Positions 37,746 through 49,360 of a DNA stretch of 64,000 nucleotides are shown here, piece by piece (the first letter of the stretch is position 1; each line of letters starts with the position of its first letter). The translations under genes and the position numbers were made by a program. Source of the DNA: Mobula hypostoma (Eukaryota). Below the pieces are notes generated by a model. It worked only from the letters and a program-made list of their open reading frames with translations, had not been told where the DNA came from and searched no databases. The stretch covers positions 138,448,001-138,512,000 of the forward strand of contig NC_086097.1 in NCBI RefSeq assembly GCF_963921235.1, read 5' to 3'.

Positions 37746-37984
37746 ATGACATCTGCAGACTTTAACAAAGAAAGTGCAGATCTGAACATGCCATTTGGCC
37801 CATGATGTTTGGCCAATCGTGATGCCAATTTATACTAAATGTCCTCTTCATGTTCCCTTTAGATTTATGTGTACATCTTTAAGCCTCATAATCTCCACTA
37901 CACTACCTGCTTCCACTACTACACTTGGCAGCCTATCAACCCATTCCAGGCACCTGCCACTCTGTGTGTAAGTAGAACTTCAAA

Positions 37985-38705
37985 GGTTCAAAGGTCCAGT
38001 ATAATGTCAGAGAAATGAAAACAGAGGTGCCCGAAAGAATGAATGACAGATAAACGTAAGAGCCCCAAAGTCCTCCCCCCAGTTCCCCTCCTTCCCATGC
38101 GTAAGCGGCAGCGAGCAACACTTCCCCTCCCCCCACTGGCAAAATAGAAGCAAGCATCGGTACCACCACCGAACACTCAGCGTGAGCAAAGCAACAGACT
38201 TGCAGTTACCCCAAAGATTTGGCTTTTCATCCATCATTTGACATACCGCAAATTCTCTCTCTCTCTCTCTCTCACTAATAAGGGAGAAGGAGGTATCTCT
38301 GTTTTTTCCCCAGTGAGCGGGGAGACATAACAAACAACTTGCTGATTTATGATGTTAAAAGTCTGTTATGTCACTTCTTTCGAGCTCTGTGCCTGGAGAT
38401 TGCAAAGATCTCAGATCTTTGGGCCCACAGCAGATATCCCGACTCCCCGGATGACACACAGGTCTCCTGCCGTGACACCGACCTTCGATCCGCCCGTCTC
38501 CAGAGCCCTGAGATCTTAGGCTTCCAAATTCGAGCCGGACTCTCAGACCAAACCCTTGGCATGCTGAGCAATGGCCAGTTATGGAACCCTGAGAACGGGT
38601 CCCATTCCTGCAAAGGACTGAAGTCAGCGTGTAACTCCAGGTTAGGGTCTTCAAAAGAACCCTGAAAGGGAAAAATAAAGATATTAAATATGGAAACTGA
38701 GCTGT
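37985..38705 (-). repeat. Unclassified interspersed repeat (LINE-tail-like short tandem end)
   Basis: TTCAAAGG tandem at the left end; partial match to 5860-5946. Confidence 0.5.
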
Positions 38706-39554
38706 TTCTATTTTAACTTCATCAGTCCACAGGACCTGTTTCCAAAATGCATCAGGCTTGTCTAGGTGTTCCTTTGAACCTTTTGAATAGAACTTTTTGT
38801 CCGCAATGAGCAAAGGTATGTTTGGAGAAAAAAGGGTGCAGAATTTCAGGAAAAGAACCCGTCTCCAACTGTTAAGCACGGGGGTGGATCGATCACGCTT
38901 TGGGTTTGTGTTGCAGCCAGTGGCACGGGGAACATTTACTGGTAGAGGAGAGAATGAATTCAATTAAATACCAGCAAATTCTGGAAGCAAACATCACACC
39001 GTCTGTAAAAAAGCCGAAGATGAAAAGAGGATGGCTTCTATAACAGGATAATGAACCTAAACACACCTCAAAATCCACAATGAACTACCTCAAGAGACGC
39101 ACGCTGAAGGTTTTGCCATGGCCCTCACAGTCCCCTGACCTAAACTTCATTGAGAATCTGTGGACAGACCTCAAAAGAGCAGTGTATGCAAGACGGCCCA
39201 AGAATCTCAGAATTAGAAGCCTTTTGCAAGGAAGAATGGGTGAAAATCCCCCAAACAAGAATTGAAAGACTGTTAGCTGGCTACAGAAAGTGTTTACAAG
39301 CTGTGATACTTACCAAAGGGGGTGTTACTAAGTACTGACCATGCAGGGTGCCCAAACTTTTGCTTGGGGCCCTTTTCCGTTTTTGTTATTTTGAAACTGT
39401 AAAAGATGGAAATAAAGTTTACTTGCTTAAAATATTAAAGAAATGTGTCGTCTTTAACTTTATGCCTTTTGGAAATCATTTCATCTTTTACTCGCTTAGC
39501 TATTCACAGTAACAGAAATTTTGACGGGGGTGCCCAAATTTTCGCATGCCACTG
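38706..39554 (+). mobile_element. Tc1 transposon right half with a short internal inversion
   Basis: KHGGGS, QDNEPKH and [15 protein letters not shown]; right TIR ...TTTCGCATGCCACTG|TA; same family as 62658-63645. Confidence 0.88.
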
Positions 39555-40052
39555 TATGCCTTGTACTGTGTATTACTGTTGGTACTGTGTTTTGCACCTT
39601 AGCCCTAGAATAACGCTGTTTTGTTTGGCGGTGTTCATATATGGTTGAGTGACAATTATCTCAAACTTGAGTCCATGTATGTGTAGCGTACTGTAAGGTT
39701 TCACTGCCAATGTAATGGCCTCTCTGTAAGGTTTCACTGCTAATGTAATGGTTTCTTTGTAGCAGCAATGTTTGGGTTATGACTAGAGATAACGGGGTTT
39801 GGAATGCTGCTGTTGTTTCTTGTGAGTCTGGAAGAGAGATTTTCGCGGTCTTTGGTCGGGGAGAGGAGAAGAAGGAAGACGCATGTGAAGAGAGCTGGTA
39901 GATCACCGGATGGAGTGGACCGGGAGCGAGGGTCTGAAGGTTGGCGACACTCGGAGGAGGTCGATGGTTGATGAATGGCCATATTTGTGAGCTCCAAAGT
40001 GCACTTTCGACTTTTCTGTTAAAATGGGCCCTTTTTTCTTTTTATTTTCTTT

Positions 40053-40561
40053 CATCATCATCAGGTGCCATGCCCAGTTTGAGCTTTGACTGCAATGGCC
40101 CACACACTCCTGTTTCGGGTCAAGTGGATCAATTCATCAATTTCCAGTTCTCTGGCTGTTGTCTCCATCGTCATTTACCTTTATCTTCCTCTTGCTTTCT
40201 TCCCTTCAATCTTTCCCATAATTACCGTGCATTCTAACTCCTCTTTCCTAATCACGTCCAATGAAGTTACGTTGCCTTTTCATGATCTCATAGATTATTT
40301 CTCTTTTTGTGCTTGCTCTGTTCATGACATCCTCGTTAGAGATTCATTTTGTCCATGATATTCTTTGCATCCTCCTCAAAAACCACAACTCTGCTGCTAC
40401 AGTTCGTTTCCTCATGTTACTAGATATTGTCCAACATTCCGAGCCATATAACATAACTGGATAAATGTAACATTTCAGTACTCTGAGGCGGGTTGTTATA
40501 CCTAGTTTAGTATTGGTCAGAATACTCTTCATTCTCGTGAAGGCGTCTTTTGCCATCCCTA
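40053..40561 (-). mobile_element. RTE-clade LINE 3' fragment in the 5' LTR
   Basis: MAKDAF...VMLYGSECW...AELWFLRRMQRISW; (TGA)n tail; 11-bp TSD TTATTTTCTTT (40042-40052 and 40562-40572). Confidence 0.88.
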
Positions 40562-41955
40562 TTATTTTCTTTACTAACCCTATATTTAGATTAAGATGTA
40601 TAAAGTTCAATAAGTTAATTGCATATGGTGTACTGTCTGATATTTTGCAGTGCGCATTTGTAACAGAGCAACACATCACGCAGCATTCACACAAACGCGA
40701 CTTCTCAGATTGGCGGGGCCAGAAGTTGTCTTCCCCTAGACGAACACGTGCTGGCCGAGCCTGAGGGTTACAATTGTGGGGCTCGTCTGGGATTGATTCC
40801 GTTGGATGCTGTGTGATTGCCCTGAGCATTGAAATAGTGGGCTGTGTGTTTAAATCTGTGCTGGTATGGCTGTTGCTGGGGTGGAGCAGTGGTGCGCCTC
40901 CGTGGGGTTACCAGTAACTAATGCGTGCATGTTGAATGGAGTGGATATTCGTACCCTAGATGAATTGTTAATTCGATTTTTGTGTACAATTAAAGCTATT
41001 GGCAAAGTTGAGATCGTAGTGTGGCATTTTGATAAAATGGCAGGTTCAGACCTTGTTTTTGTTCAGACTAGCAATGACTTAACGGTAGTGGGACTGCCAG
41101 CGTCTTTCGGTGCCCGGGTGAGGCGGGGCCATGGCCTATCCATACTGTCAGGGAGGAGGAGAACGTAGCGGAGCGGGCTGAGTCACAAGTTGAGTTTCCC
41201 GTAGCAGGGTGGCGGTCAAAAAAGGAGACGGGGCTCAGGCGGAGAAGACGAAACATGCGTCGGTGCCTCCATTACTGCGAGAGTGGCCTCAGTTGGAGTT
41301 GAAGAACCAGATCTTATACCAGGTCGTGCCACCCCCAGACCAACCCCGACGTTGCCAGCTGGTTCTGCTGGAGAAGTATCGGAGGATTGTGTTGAAGTCA
41401 CTTCATGATGATTCTGGGCATTTGGGGGCGGAAAAGACCTATGGATTGCTCAGAGACCTGGCATACTGGCCCCGAATGAACTCAGAGATTAAAGAATACT
41501 GCAAGTTGTGCATTCGATGCATACGGCGGAAGACACTGCCTACGCAGGCAGCTCCCTTGTCCCACTTGCAGAGTGCGGGGCCTCTGGACCTGGTGTGTAT
41601 GGATTTCTTGGCAATAGAACCTGAAGCCAGCAACACGGCGAATGTCTTAGTCATCACGGACCACTACACCAGATAAGCTCAGGCTTTTCCTACCAAGGAC
41701 TAGAGGGTGTCTACAGTGGCTAAAGTGTTATGGGAGAAGTATTTTGTTTATTATGGCCTCCCCAGGCGAATAACTAGCGATCAGGGACGGGATTTCGAGA
41801 GCAGACTCATCCATGAGTTACTGGGCCAGCTTGGAGTCGAGAAGTCGAGGACCACGCCCTATCACCCGCAGGGTGATCCCCAGCCAGAGAGGTTTAATCG
41901 GACCTTGCTAGACATGCTCGGGACCCTGGAGATCAGCAAGAAGAGCAAGTGGAGT

Positions 41956-42717
41956 CCGCATAAGCAAATTACCATGTCATTACAATCTGAGATACGCGAA
42001 AGCGTTAATAAATCTGAGAGTCAGACAATTTAGGAATCCCTATACAGAGTTCACAGCATCCAGTCGTGTGCATCCCGACGGTGCCCGTGCCCAACCCCCG
42101 CCCCCCGCATATAGACATCATAACACACCAGCGACCCACGAATGACCAATAGAGTGGCGTCGGCCAGCTCAGTCCGAGATAGTCCATATGATGTCAACGC
42201 AGAAGACGAGCGAGGAAACCTAAGTCCATGGTAACCAATGACAACTGGCTCGTACCTCACCGTCGAGATGTCCCAACCAATGTTGACCAAAAAGTCTTTG
42301 ATGGCCCGCTGAACAGAGGGCTCGTCGTACTTCTGTCGTTTGGACACTCAGGTGTCCGACAGCCGTTCTTTCATCGGGACTGCTATATCCATAATCACTG
42401 CAGCTGGACCAGATCGAATAACAAGATCTGGCTTGCAGAACGTCCCGGCTGTCGGTATCCTGGGCTCCTCGAGCACCTCACGTCCTCTTTTCCAAATACG
42501 TTTTGCAATGAAACGGGCAACCCGATTGTGCCTCGCTCAACGTGCGAGATGAGTCACAGTACACGCTTGCAGCACATGACGTAAAGATTTGGGTGCTCCA
42601 CACAGTCCACGGCAGGCAGTGTCCATGCTCCCTGGACGTCCACGACAGCGTCTAACTTTAGTCCCAAAGGTGCTGGATCTTAGCTGAATACCCCAGATGA
42701 ACAATGGGTGAAACACC
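41956..42717 (-). mobile_element. R2 non-LTR retrotransposon 3' fragment (zinc knuckle + restriction-like endonuclease + 3' UTR)
   Basis: Manual translation of one minus frame from 42692: GIQLRSSTFGTKVRRCRGR...CRGLCGAPKSLRHVLQACTVTHLAR*ARHNRVAR...EEPRIPTAGTFCKPDLVIR...MDIAV...*VSKRQKY...IRGSLVCYDVYMRG. Confidence 0.85.
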
Positions 42718-44084
42718 CAGTAGTATCCGAACCTGAAGAGTTGGATGAGGGGGTACAGAGGTCTCAGAGAATTAGGCTGGCCTACATAGCACCAGGGGAA
42801 CAGGGCGTGACCCTTGCTGTTCTGGGGAGCTATGTCACTGCCTTTTACACCTGGGTTGGACTTTGTGTTTTGCAGGAAGGCTTGGCGAATTATCTCAATG
42901 TCATGAGGACATGACTAAATTTGTGGGGGGAGAGAGTAGCTTGCTGTAAGATTTCACTGCAAATGTAATGGTTTCTCTGTAGCATCAATGTTTGGGTTAT
43001 GACAAGAGATAATGGGGTCTGGAATGCTGTTGTTGTTTCTTGTGAGTCTGGAAGAGAGATTTTCGCGGCCTTTGGTCGGCGGGAGGAGAAGAAAGAAGAC
43101 GTGTGGAGAGAGCTGGTAGATCACTGGACGGAGTGGACCGGGCGTGAGGGTCTGAAGGTCGGCGACACTCGGAGGAGGTCGATGGTCGATGAATGGCCAT
43201 ATTTGTGAGCTCCAAAGTGCACTTTTGACTTTTCTCTTAAAATGGGCCCTTTTTTAAAATTTTCTTTACTATCCCTATATTCAGATTAAGATTTGTAAAG
43301 TTCAGTTAGTTAATTGCATATGGTGTACTGTCCGGTACTTTGTGGTTCGGATTTGTAACCGGGCAACACATCACGCAGCATCCACACAAACGAGATTTCT
43401 CAGATTGGCGGGGCCAGAAGTTGTCTTCCCCTAGACGAACATGTGCTGCCCGAGCCTGAGGGTTACATATATAATAACCATGTTTCCATGTCAAAAAAAG
43501 ACAGATGCTTAAATTTTGAAATAAAATCTTAGAGCAGAAAGTACTTGAAAGCATTCGGCATGTTCCTTAGAGTTAGAAACTTGGAGTTAACGTTTCTTCT
43601 CAAAGATACTTTACTACTACATGTTAATGTAAACATTTCGGCTTGAAGATGCATTCTAAAAAGTGCCTGACCTGAAAATTATTTTTGTCATCTGCACAGA
43701 AGTAGCCTGACTTGGTGAGTGTTCTTAGATTAGATTGTTTTTGTGACTGTTTTAATTAAACTTATGAAAAAATGTTTGTTGGGTTTTAACTACCCTTTGC
43801 TGGTCAGTTATCAGTTCCCAAAAATGATTCCATTTCACTTGAACCCCAACACTGGAGAGATGTTTGACCTTTTTGCAGCTTCACTGACACAGTGATCCAG
43901 AGCACAAGCTCACTGCTGTTTTCTCCATTTCACAGGACTCATGGGGGAGATTTGATCATTTTATGTTTGCATTCTTTGTTGGAAGTTGACAATCTGGTAT
44001 GATTTACAGTATGAACGTTGTTGGTGTGTGGTGGGCGAACATTTGCCAGTCTGCATTTTGGGATCAGCAGCTGTAATTTCTGGA

Positions 44085-44670
44085 CTTTAACATATTAGAT
44101 GACCTTTCCTTGGCCCAGCACGTTAATGCAATCATAATGAAGCATGCCAGCATCTTTACTTTATCAGGAATTAAGGAGGTATGGCTTGTCATTGAAAATT
44201 CTGCTTGCATCATGGTCTGGTCTGGCAATTTGAATGCACAGGATCATAAGCTGCAGAGAGTGGTGCGCTCTCCCCAGTACACCATGGGTGTGTTGCTCCC
44301 AACTATTGATAGTATCTCCAGGAAGGCAACGTCTATCATCAAAGATGCCCACGGTCAGGCCATTCATAGTTAACATCGGGCAGGAGGTACAGAAACCTGA
44401 AGTATCACACCTTCAATTTCAAGAACAGCTTCTTCACTTCACCTGTTTGTCTCTTGAACCTACTGGTAAAACCCTGATCACTACATTTCAGCAGCCACCT
44501 TGACTACTTTGCACAAAAATGGACTTTCTTTTTATGTTCTAACTGTATTTTCTTGTAAAAATTGGATGCTTTGTGCCTTGATGCTGCTGCAAGTAAGATT
44601 TTCATTGCACCTGTGTATATATTGTATTTATACATGTATTGTGTTTATGACAAACTCGACTTTGATTTCT
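44085..44670 (+). mobile_element. Rex1/Babar-like LINE 3' fragment
   Basis: QDHKLQRVVRS...KATSIIKD motif and tail. Confidence 0.7.
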
Positions 44671-45894
44671 TGTTCTGTTGCTTAACTGCTTGAAATCTCT
44701 AGGAATGCACATTGGCCTTTTTACAGTCAAGTCTGCTGAGCAATGACTTATAAGATTTGAGTTTCTGATTTCCAACATGCTTTAGTGTTTAATACTCATT
44801 ATTACTCTCGCTTCAGGATTTCAAGTCTTAAAAGTTTTCAACATGAAGTGTTTGATGGTAAATGCAGTGAAATCAGTGCCAGACACCTTAGCAAAGTTCA
44901 CCATCTAAATGCTCTTAAGTGTTTCTTTACTTATTTCAGAACCAAATAGAAAAATACTGAGTAATTTTTGCTGTGCACTTAGAGGCTGCAAGCAATTTTA
45001 AGCATGATTGATCTCACACTTAACAGCACTTGATTAAGCAATCATGGGAGGCCAGTAGTATTTCAGTATTGCAAGCAGCAGTGAGAAGAAGCAGGATCTG
45101 CATTAATCTTCCACATTGTGGTATGTCAGTTTCTGAAACACACGGAATGATGATATGTATGTAATGTGAACATAAAGCCGGTTTTATTTTTAAAATGAAT
45201 GCTTGCAGAAAAATCCTTTGAGGGAGAAATGCCTTTTATTTAGCTGTATCACAATATTATTCCATACTGAAAACCACAGGAGAAAAGGGTACACTCATTC
45301 TTATTCATCTTTACCAACTTCACAATGTCCCAAGTACTTTACAGAGAGCAAAATAACTTTGAAATTTCAATTTTGGTGTGATTGATTCTCAGTAGCGTCT
45401 GGGTAAACTTTAGGCCAGTTGTCAGATATAAGTCCTGTGTATCCAAAATGGTAACAGAATTGTGTTTTTTTTCCAAAATGAAAAGCTGCAGAAGAAAAAC
45501 TGAAAATACTGGAAGCACTCGGGAGGTCTGGCAGCATCTGTGGAAAGTGAAACAGAATTAATATTTCAGGGTCTTTGTCAGAGTCTGCTGAAGGGTCTTT
45601 GACATGAAGCATTAACTGTTTCTCTTTTTGCAGATGCTACTGGTTGAGGGTTTTCATTATTTATAACAGACCTGTTTTTCTTGAGGAAATGGTCCTGACA
45701 ACACAGGGCAAGCCTGAGTGTTGAGAGAACACTTAGTCTTCAAAGTTATTGTTTTCCCATGCCTCACTTAATAAAGGTGTGAATGTAATGTTTCAAATCT
45801 AAGACAAGTTAGTTGTCATAAGTTAGAGGATTTTATTTTTATCAAAGTTCGTCTCTGACCATTTGGGTAAAGGAAGACCTCTTTGTATTTTTAG

Positions 45895-46012
45895 CTCTGA
45901 GGGAAAAGCGTACAACTGTGGTTGCACAACTGAAACAACTCCAGTCAGAAACGGAACCAATTGTGAAGATGTTTGAGGACCCAGAAACTACAAGGCAAAT
46001 GCAGCCCACCAG
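45895..46012 (+). CDS. EIF3E: eIF3 subunit E, coding exon 3
   Basis: TTTTTAG acceptor; (A)[38 protein letters not shown](R); donor AG|GTATGC. 118 nt, phase matches exon 2. Confidence 0.97.
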
Positions 46013-46948
46013 GTATGCACTATATACCTTGCAGTTATTTATGGAAGTCAAATGGAGATGTTTTTAAAACAAGTTCCTAAACTTTGAAGGATGAACATGA
46101 TGATCAGCTACCTGACTATGATTAATCCTAAAAGCCCTCTAAATAAGTAAATAAAATAAAATAAATATTCTGGAGTTGGATATGGTTAATTTTATTAAAA
46201 GTGCACTGTATTGAAAGGATAGGCCAGTAGGCAGAGGTGGTGGGGTTGCTTTGTTAGTGAAAAATGAAATCAAATCTTTAGAAAGAGATGACGTAGGATT
46301 GGAAAATATAGAATCCTTGTAGGTAGAGTGAAGATGCTGCAAGAGTAAAAACAGACACTAATGGGAGTTATGTACAGACCTCCAAACAGTAACTAGGATG
46401 TGGGATAGAAATTGCAATGGGAGACAGAAAAGTCAATGTTATGATACTCATAGAGGATTTCAATATGCAGGTAGGTTGGGAAAATCAGATTGGTTCTGAT
46501 CCCAAAAGAAGAAATTTGTAGAAGGCTTTTGAGATGCTTTTTTTTTCAAAGTCAGCTTGTGTTTGAGCCCACGAGGGGTTCTGTAATGAACTAGATTTGA
46601 TTAAGAAGCTTGAGGTTAATGAACCCTTAGGAGGTAGTGATCATAATATGATAGAATTCACCCTGTAGTTTGAGAGGGAGTCAGAGTTATCCATATTACA
46701 GTAGAGTGAAGAGAATTACAGAGCCATGAGAGAGGAGTGGTCAAAGTTGATTGGAAGGGGACACCAGCAAGGATAATGACAGAACAGTAATGACTGTAGT
46801 TTCTTAGGGGCAACTTGGAAGGCGCAGGATAGATGCATCCTAAAGATGAAGAAGTGTCCTAAAGGGAGGACGAGGCAACCATAGCTAACAAAGGAAGTCA
46901 AAGACAGCATTAAATGAAAAGAAAGGGCATATAATATGGCAAAAATTA

Positions 46949-47922
46949 TACTGGATAACAAATTATTTTGAAAGTGTTGCTTCCTTGAAGTTTTTTTTGG
47001 TTTATGATTGCTTGAAACTGAACATGTAATTTCAGACTACTTATATTTGGAGAAACAAGAAATTAACTTTTATTGAAAATAATGCATTTAATTGCATAAT
47101 GGTGCTGATGCTTTGCAATAGTTCAACTAAGCTAAAATATATTGTTGATGATTTTCATTTGTGCTCAGTGTCTGAGCTTTCTTGCTTAAGTGTTCAATAA
47201 TAATCAGCCAGCACTGGTGGATTCCAGTTGCCCTGATACTGTTTCTCCATGACCACAGAGTCCTGGTGAAACCTTTCATCATGTTTGTCATTGACAGCAC
47301 CAAGATTTGCAGGAAGAGAGTCTAAATGGGAATGCAGAAAATGAATCTTTAGTGACATGTCGCACTTCATGGTTTTGTATGCTTGAAGCATGTTGTCAAC
47401 CAGCTGCAGGTAGTTTGCTCTGTAATTGCCAAGAAAAGGTTCAGCAACATCCTTGAATGCCTTCTGTGTGATTTTCTTCCGTCCTACTGGAAATCCTTCG
47501 AGTTGCCTGTCGTTGATGACCTGTTTGATTTGTGGACCAATAAAAATGCCTCTCTTAATCCTGGGCATCAGTTATTCTAGGAAACATCTGTCTCAAATAT
47601 TGAAATCCTTCAGACATTTATAGCCTTTCTAAAATCTGCCCTGCCATACTGCATCTGCCCTGCTTAGGCATGCCTAGGCCTGTCTGGACAAGATAGAAAA
47701 TGTTTCTGCGTACATTGTGGGCAACATTTTAATTGATGAATTATGAATTGAAATAGCAAATTTAGGCGATTTCAAAAAAATGGTGCCTGATGGGGAAATT
47801 TCATGGTGATTTTCATGAACAGCACCATGAAATTTCCCCATCAGACACCATTTTTTTGAAATCGCCTAACTTTCAAGATACACCCAAAAGTATGCATGAA
47901 GCAAAATCTTTTCTGTGCTGTG
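46949..47922 (-). mobile_element. Chapaev3 (CMC superfamily) DNA transposon, internally deleted
   Basis: ORF 47194..47568: GIFIGPQIK...FLGN...MSLKIHFLHSHLD...ERFHQD...LADY. 3-bp TTA duplication (46946-46948 and 47923-47925) fits TWA TSDs. Termini (T)AC...GTG. Confidence 0.8.
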
Positions 47923-48553
47923 TTAGTGGTAAGTTAGAGGATTGGGAAGCTTTTAAAAACCAACAGAAAGCAAATAAAAAGTCATCAGGAGAGAAAAGAT
48001 GAAATATGAAGGTAAGCTACCCAATAATATCAAAGAGGATACCAAAAATTTTTTCACATATATAAAGGGTAAAAGAGAAGGGTAAAAGTGGATATTGGAC
48101 TGCTGGATAATGATGCTGGAGAGTTAGTAATAGGGGACTAAGCATTGGTGGATGAACTTAAGAATTTTGCGTTAGTATGGAAGACAGAAATGCGACAGTG
48201 TCAGGGCGGAAGTGAGTGTAGTTACTATTACTAAGGAGAAAGTGCTTTGGAAGCTGAAAAGTCTGAAGGTAGATCGGTCACCTGAACCAGATGAACTACA
48301 CCCCAGAGTTCTAAAAGAGGTAACTGAAGAGATTGTGGAGACATTAGTAATAATCTTTAAAGAATCATTAGATTCTGAAATGGTTCTGGAGGACTGGAAA
48401 ATAGCAAATGTCACTCCACTGATTAAGAAGGGTGGGAGGCAGAAGAAAGAAAATTGTAAGTCAATTAGCCTAACTTAAGTGGTTTTGGAGTCCATTACTA
48501 AAGATGAGTTTTCAGAGTACTTGGAGGCACTTGATAAAATAGGCCAAAGTCAG

Positions 48554-49360
48554 TGTAAGAGCCATGTATCTCCTTATTGTCTTTCTGTGTTGTATTTGTG
48601 TTGCACATCCTCACTCTGGATTCAGGTCATTTGTCACGTGGAATGGCGGTAGAAATATGTAGTAGAGCAGTAGAGCTACTAGGACTTGATGTTTCAATCC
48701 CTATGGTAAGTCAGCACTCTTGATGTTGGCAGTGGGCTTGGAGTGGTGACAAGGAGGGAGGGTAGGTACGTCATTGGGGTCATCAGGTGGGCACCCTCCT
48801 TCTTTGACGTCTCCAGAGGGCTCAACGGTGCTGCCTGCAATCCCAGATACACCCCCCTCAGTTCCATACCTTCCTGTCTTCATCTTGCAGCCCAGTTGTT
48901 GTCTTTCCTTTTAATCCAAATCCAATTGCTGCTTTCTTCTGCTGCATTTGACAAGGACTTGATTGCTTGTTGGAGGAAGTGACCCCTCACCCCCATCTTT
49001 TTCAATAGACTGGTCGTAGATGTAGCAACAAATCCCCTGCATCCCATTTCTGCAGGGAAAATTTTGGTCTTCCAGCCATTCTGGGCAGCTTCAGTTGCTA
49101 AATATAGTCTCCTGTTCATCTGCATGGCGATGTAGAGAGAGGGTGAGTAAAGAGTGCATTCTTTTTGTTGACTGCTCATCTTTGTTTGAATTTGATCCAA
49201 TTACATTGTCTCATTTTCGTTTTACATGAATTACGGAAGAGTCATAATAAAGGATTAAACATACTTTTTTGACTTGAAATTCAGTTAATTGGAAGCACGT
49301 CATACAATGCGATACCCCCTCACTTCACCTCTTTTAGTTTGTTTTCAAGTAGTTGCTACA
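48554..49360 (+). mobile_element. Solo LTR with 5-bp TSD, carrying a Hero insertion
   Basis: TGTAAG...GCTACA termini; GTCAG duplicated (48549-48553 and 49361-49365); AATAAA at 49246-49251. Confidence 0.75.
48700..49105 (-). mobile_element. Hero-clade (RLE) non-LTR retrotransposon 3' fragment
   Basis: GWKTKIFPAEMGCRGFVATST...AEESSNWIWIKR resembles the Hero C-terminal PVEVGCRGF...AE..S.WLW motif. Confidence 0.7.

Larger units (their letters stand above)
39682..43467 (+). mobile_element. Internally deleted Gypsy LTR retrotransposon
   Basis: 5' LTR 39682-40772 (interrupted by RTE); 3' LTR 42935-43467; TSD TATG/TATA; tRNA-Pro-like PBS TG(T)GGGGCTCGTCTGGGAT at about 40775-40793. A gag start at 40866 (PNMA-like N-terminus) joins directly to integrase (HDDSGH...CKLCIRC, SDQGRDFES, TTPYHPQG...ERFNRTL). 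PPT GGGGGGAGAG. Confidence 0.9.

Noticed and set aside
40866..41168. Domesticated PNMA-like gene
   Set aside because: Lies directly after an LTR and PBS and is frameshifted and deleted; it is retrotransposon gag.
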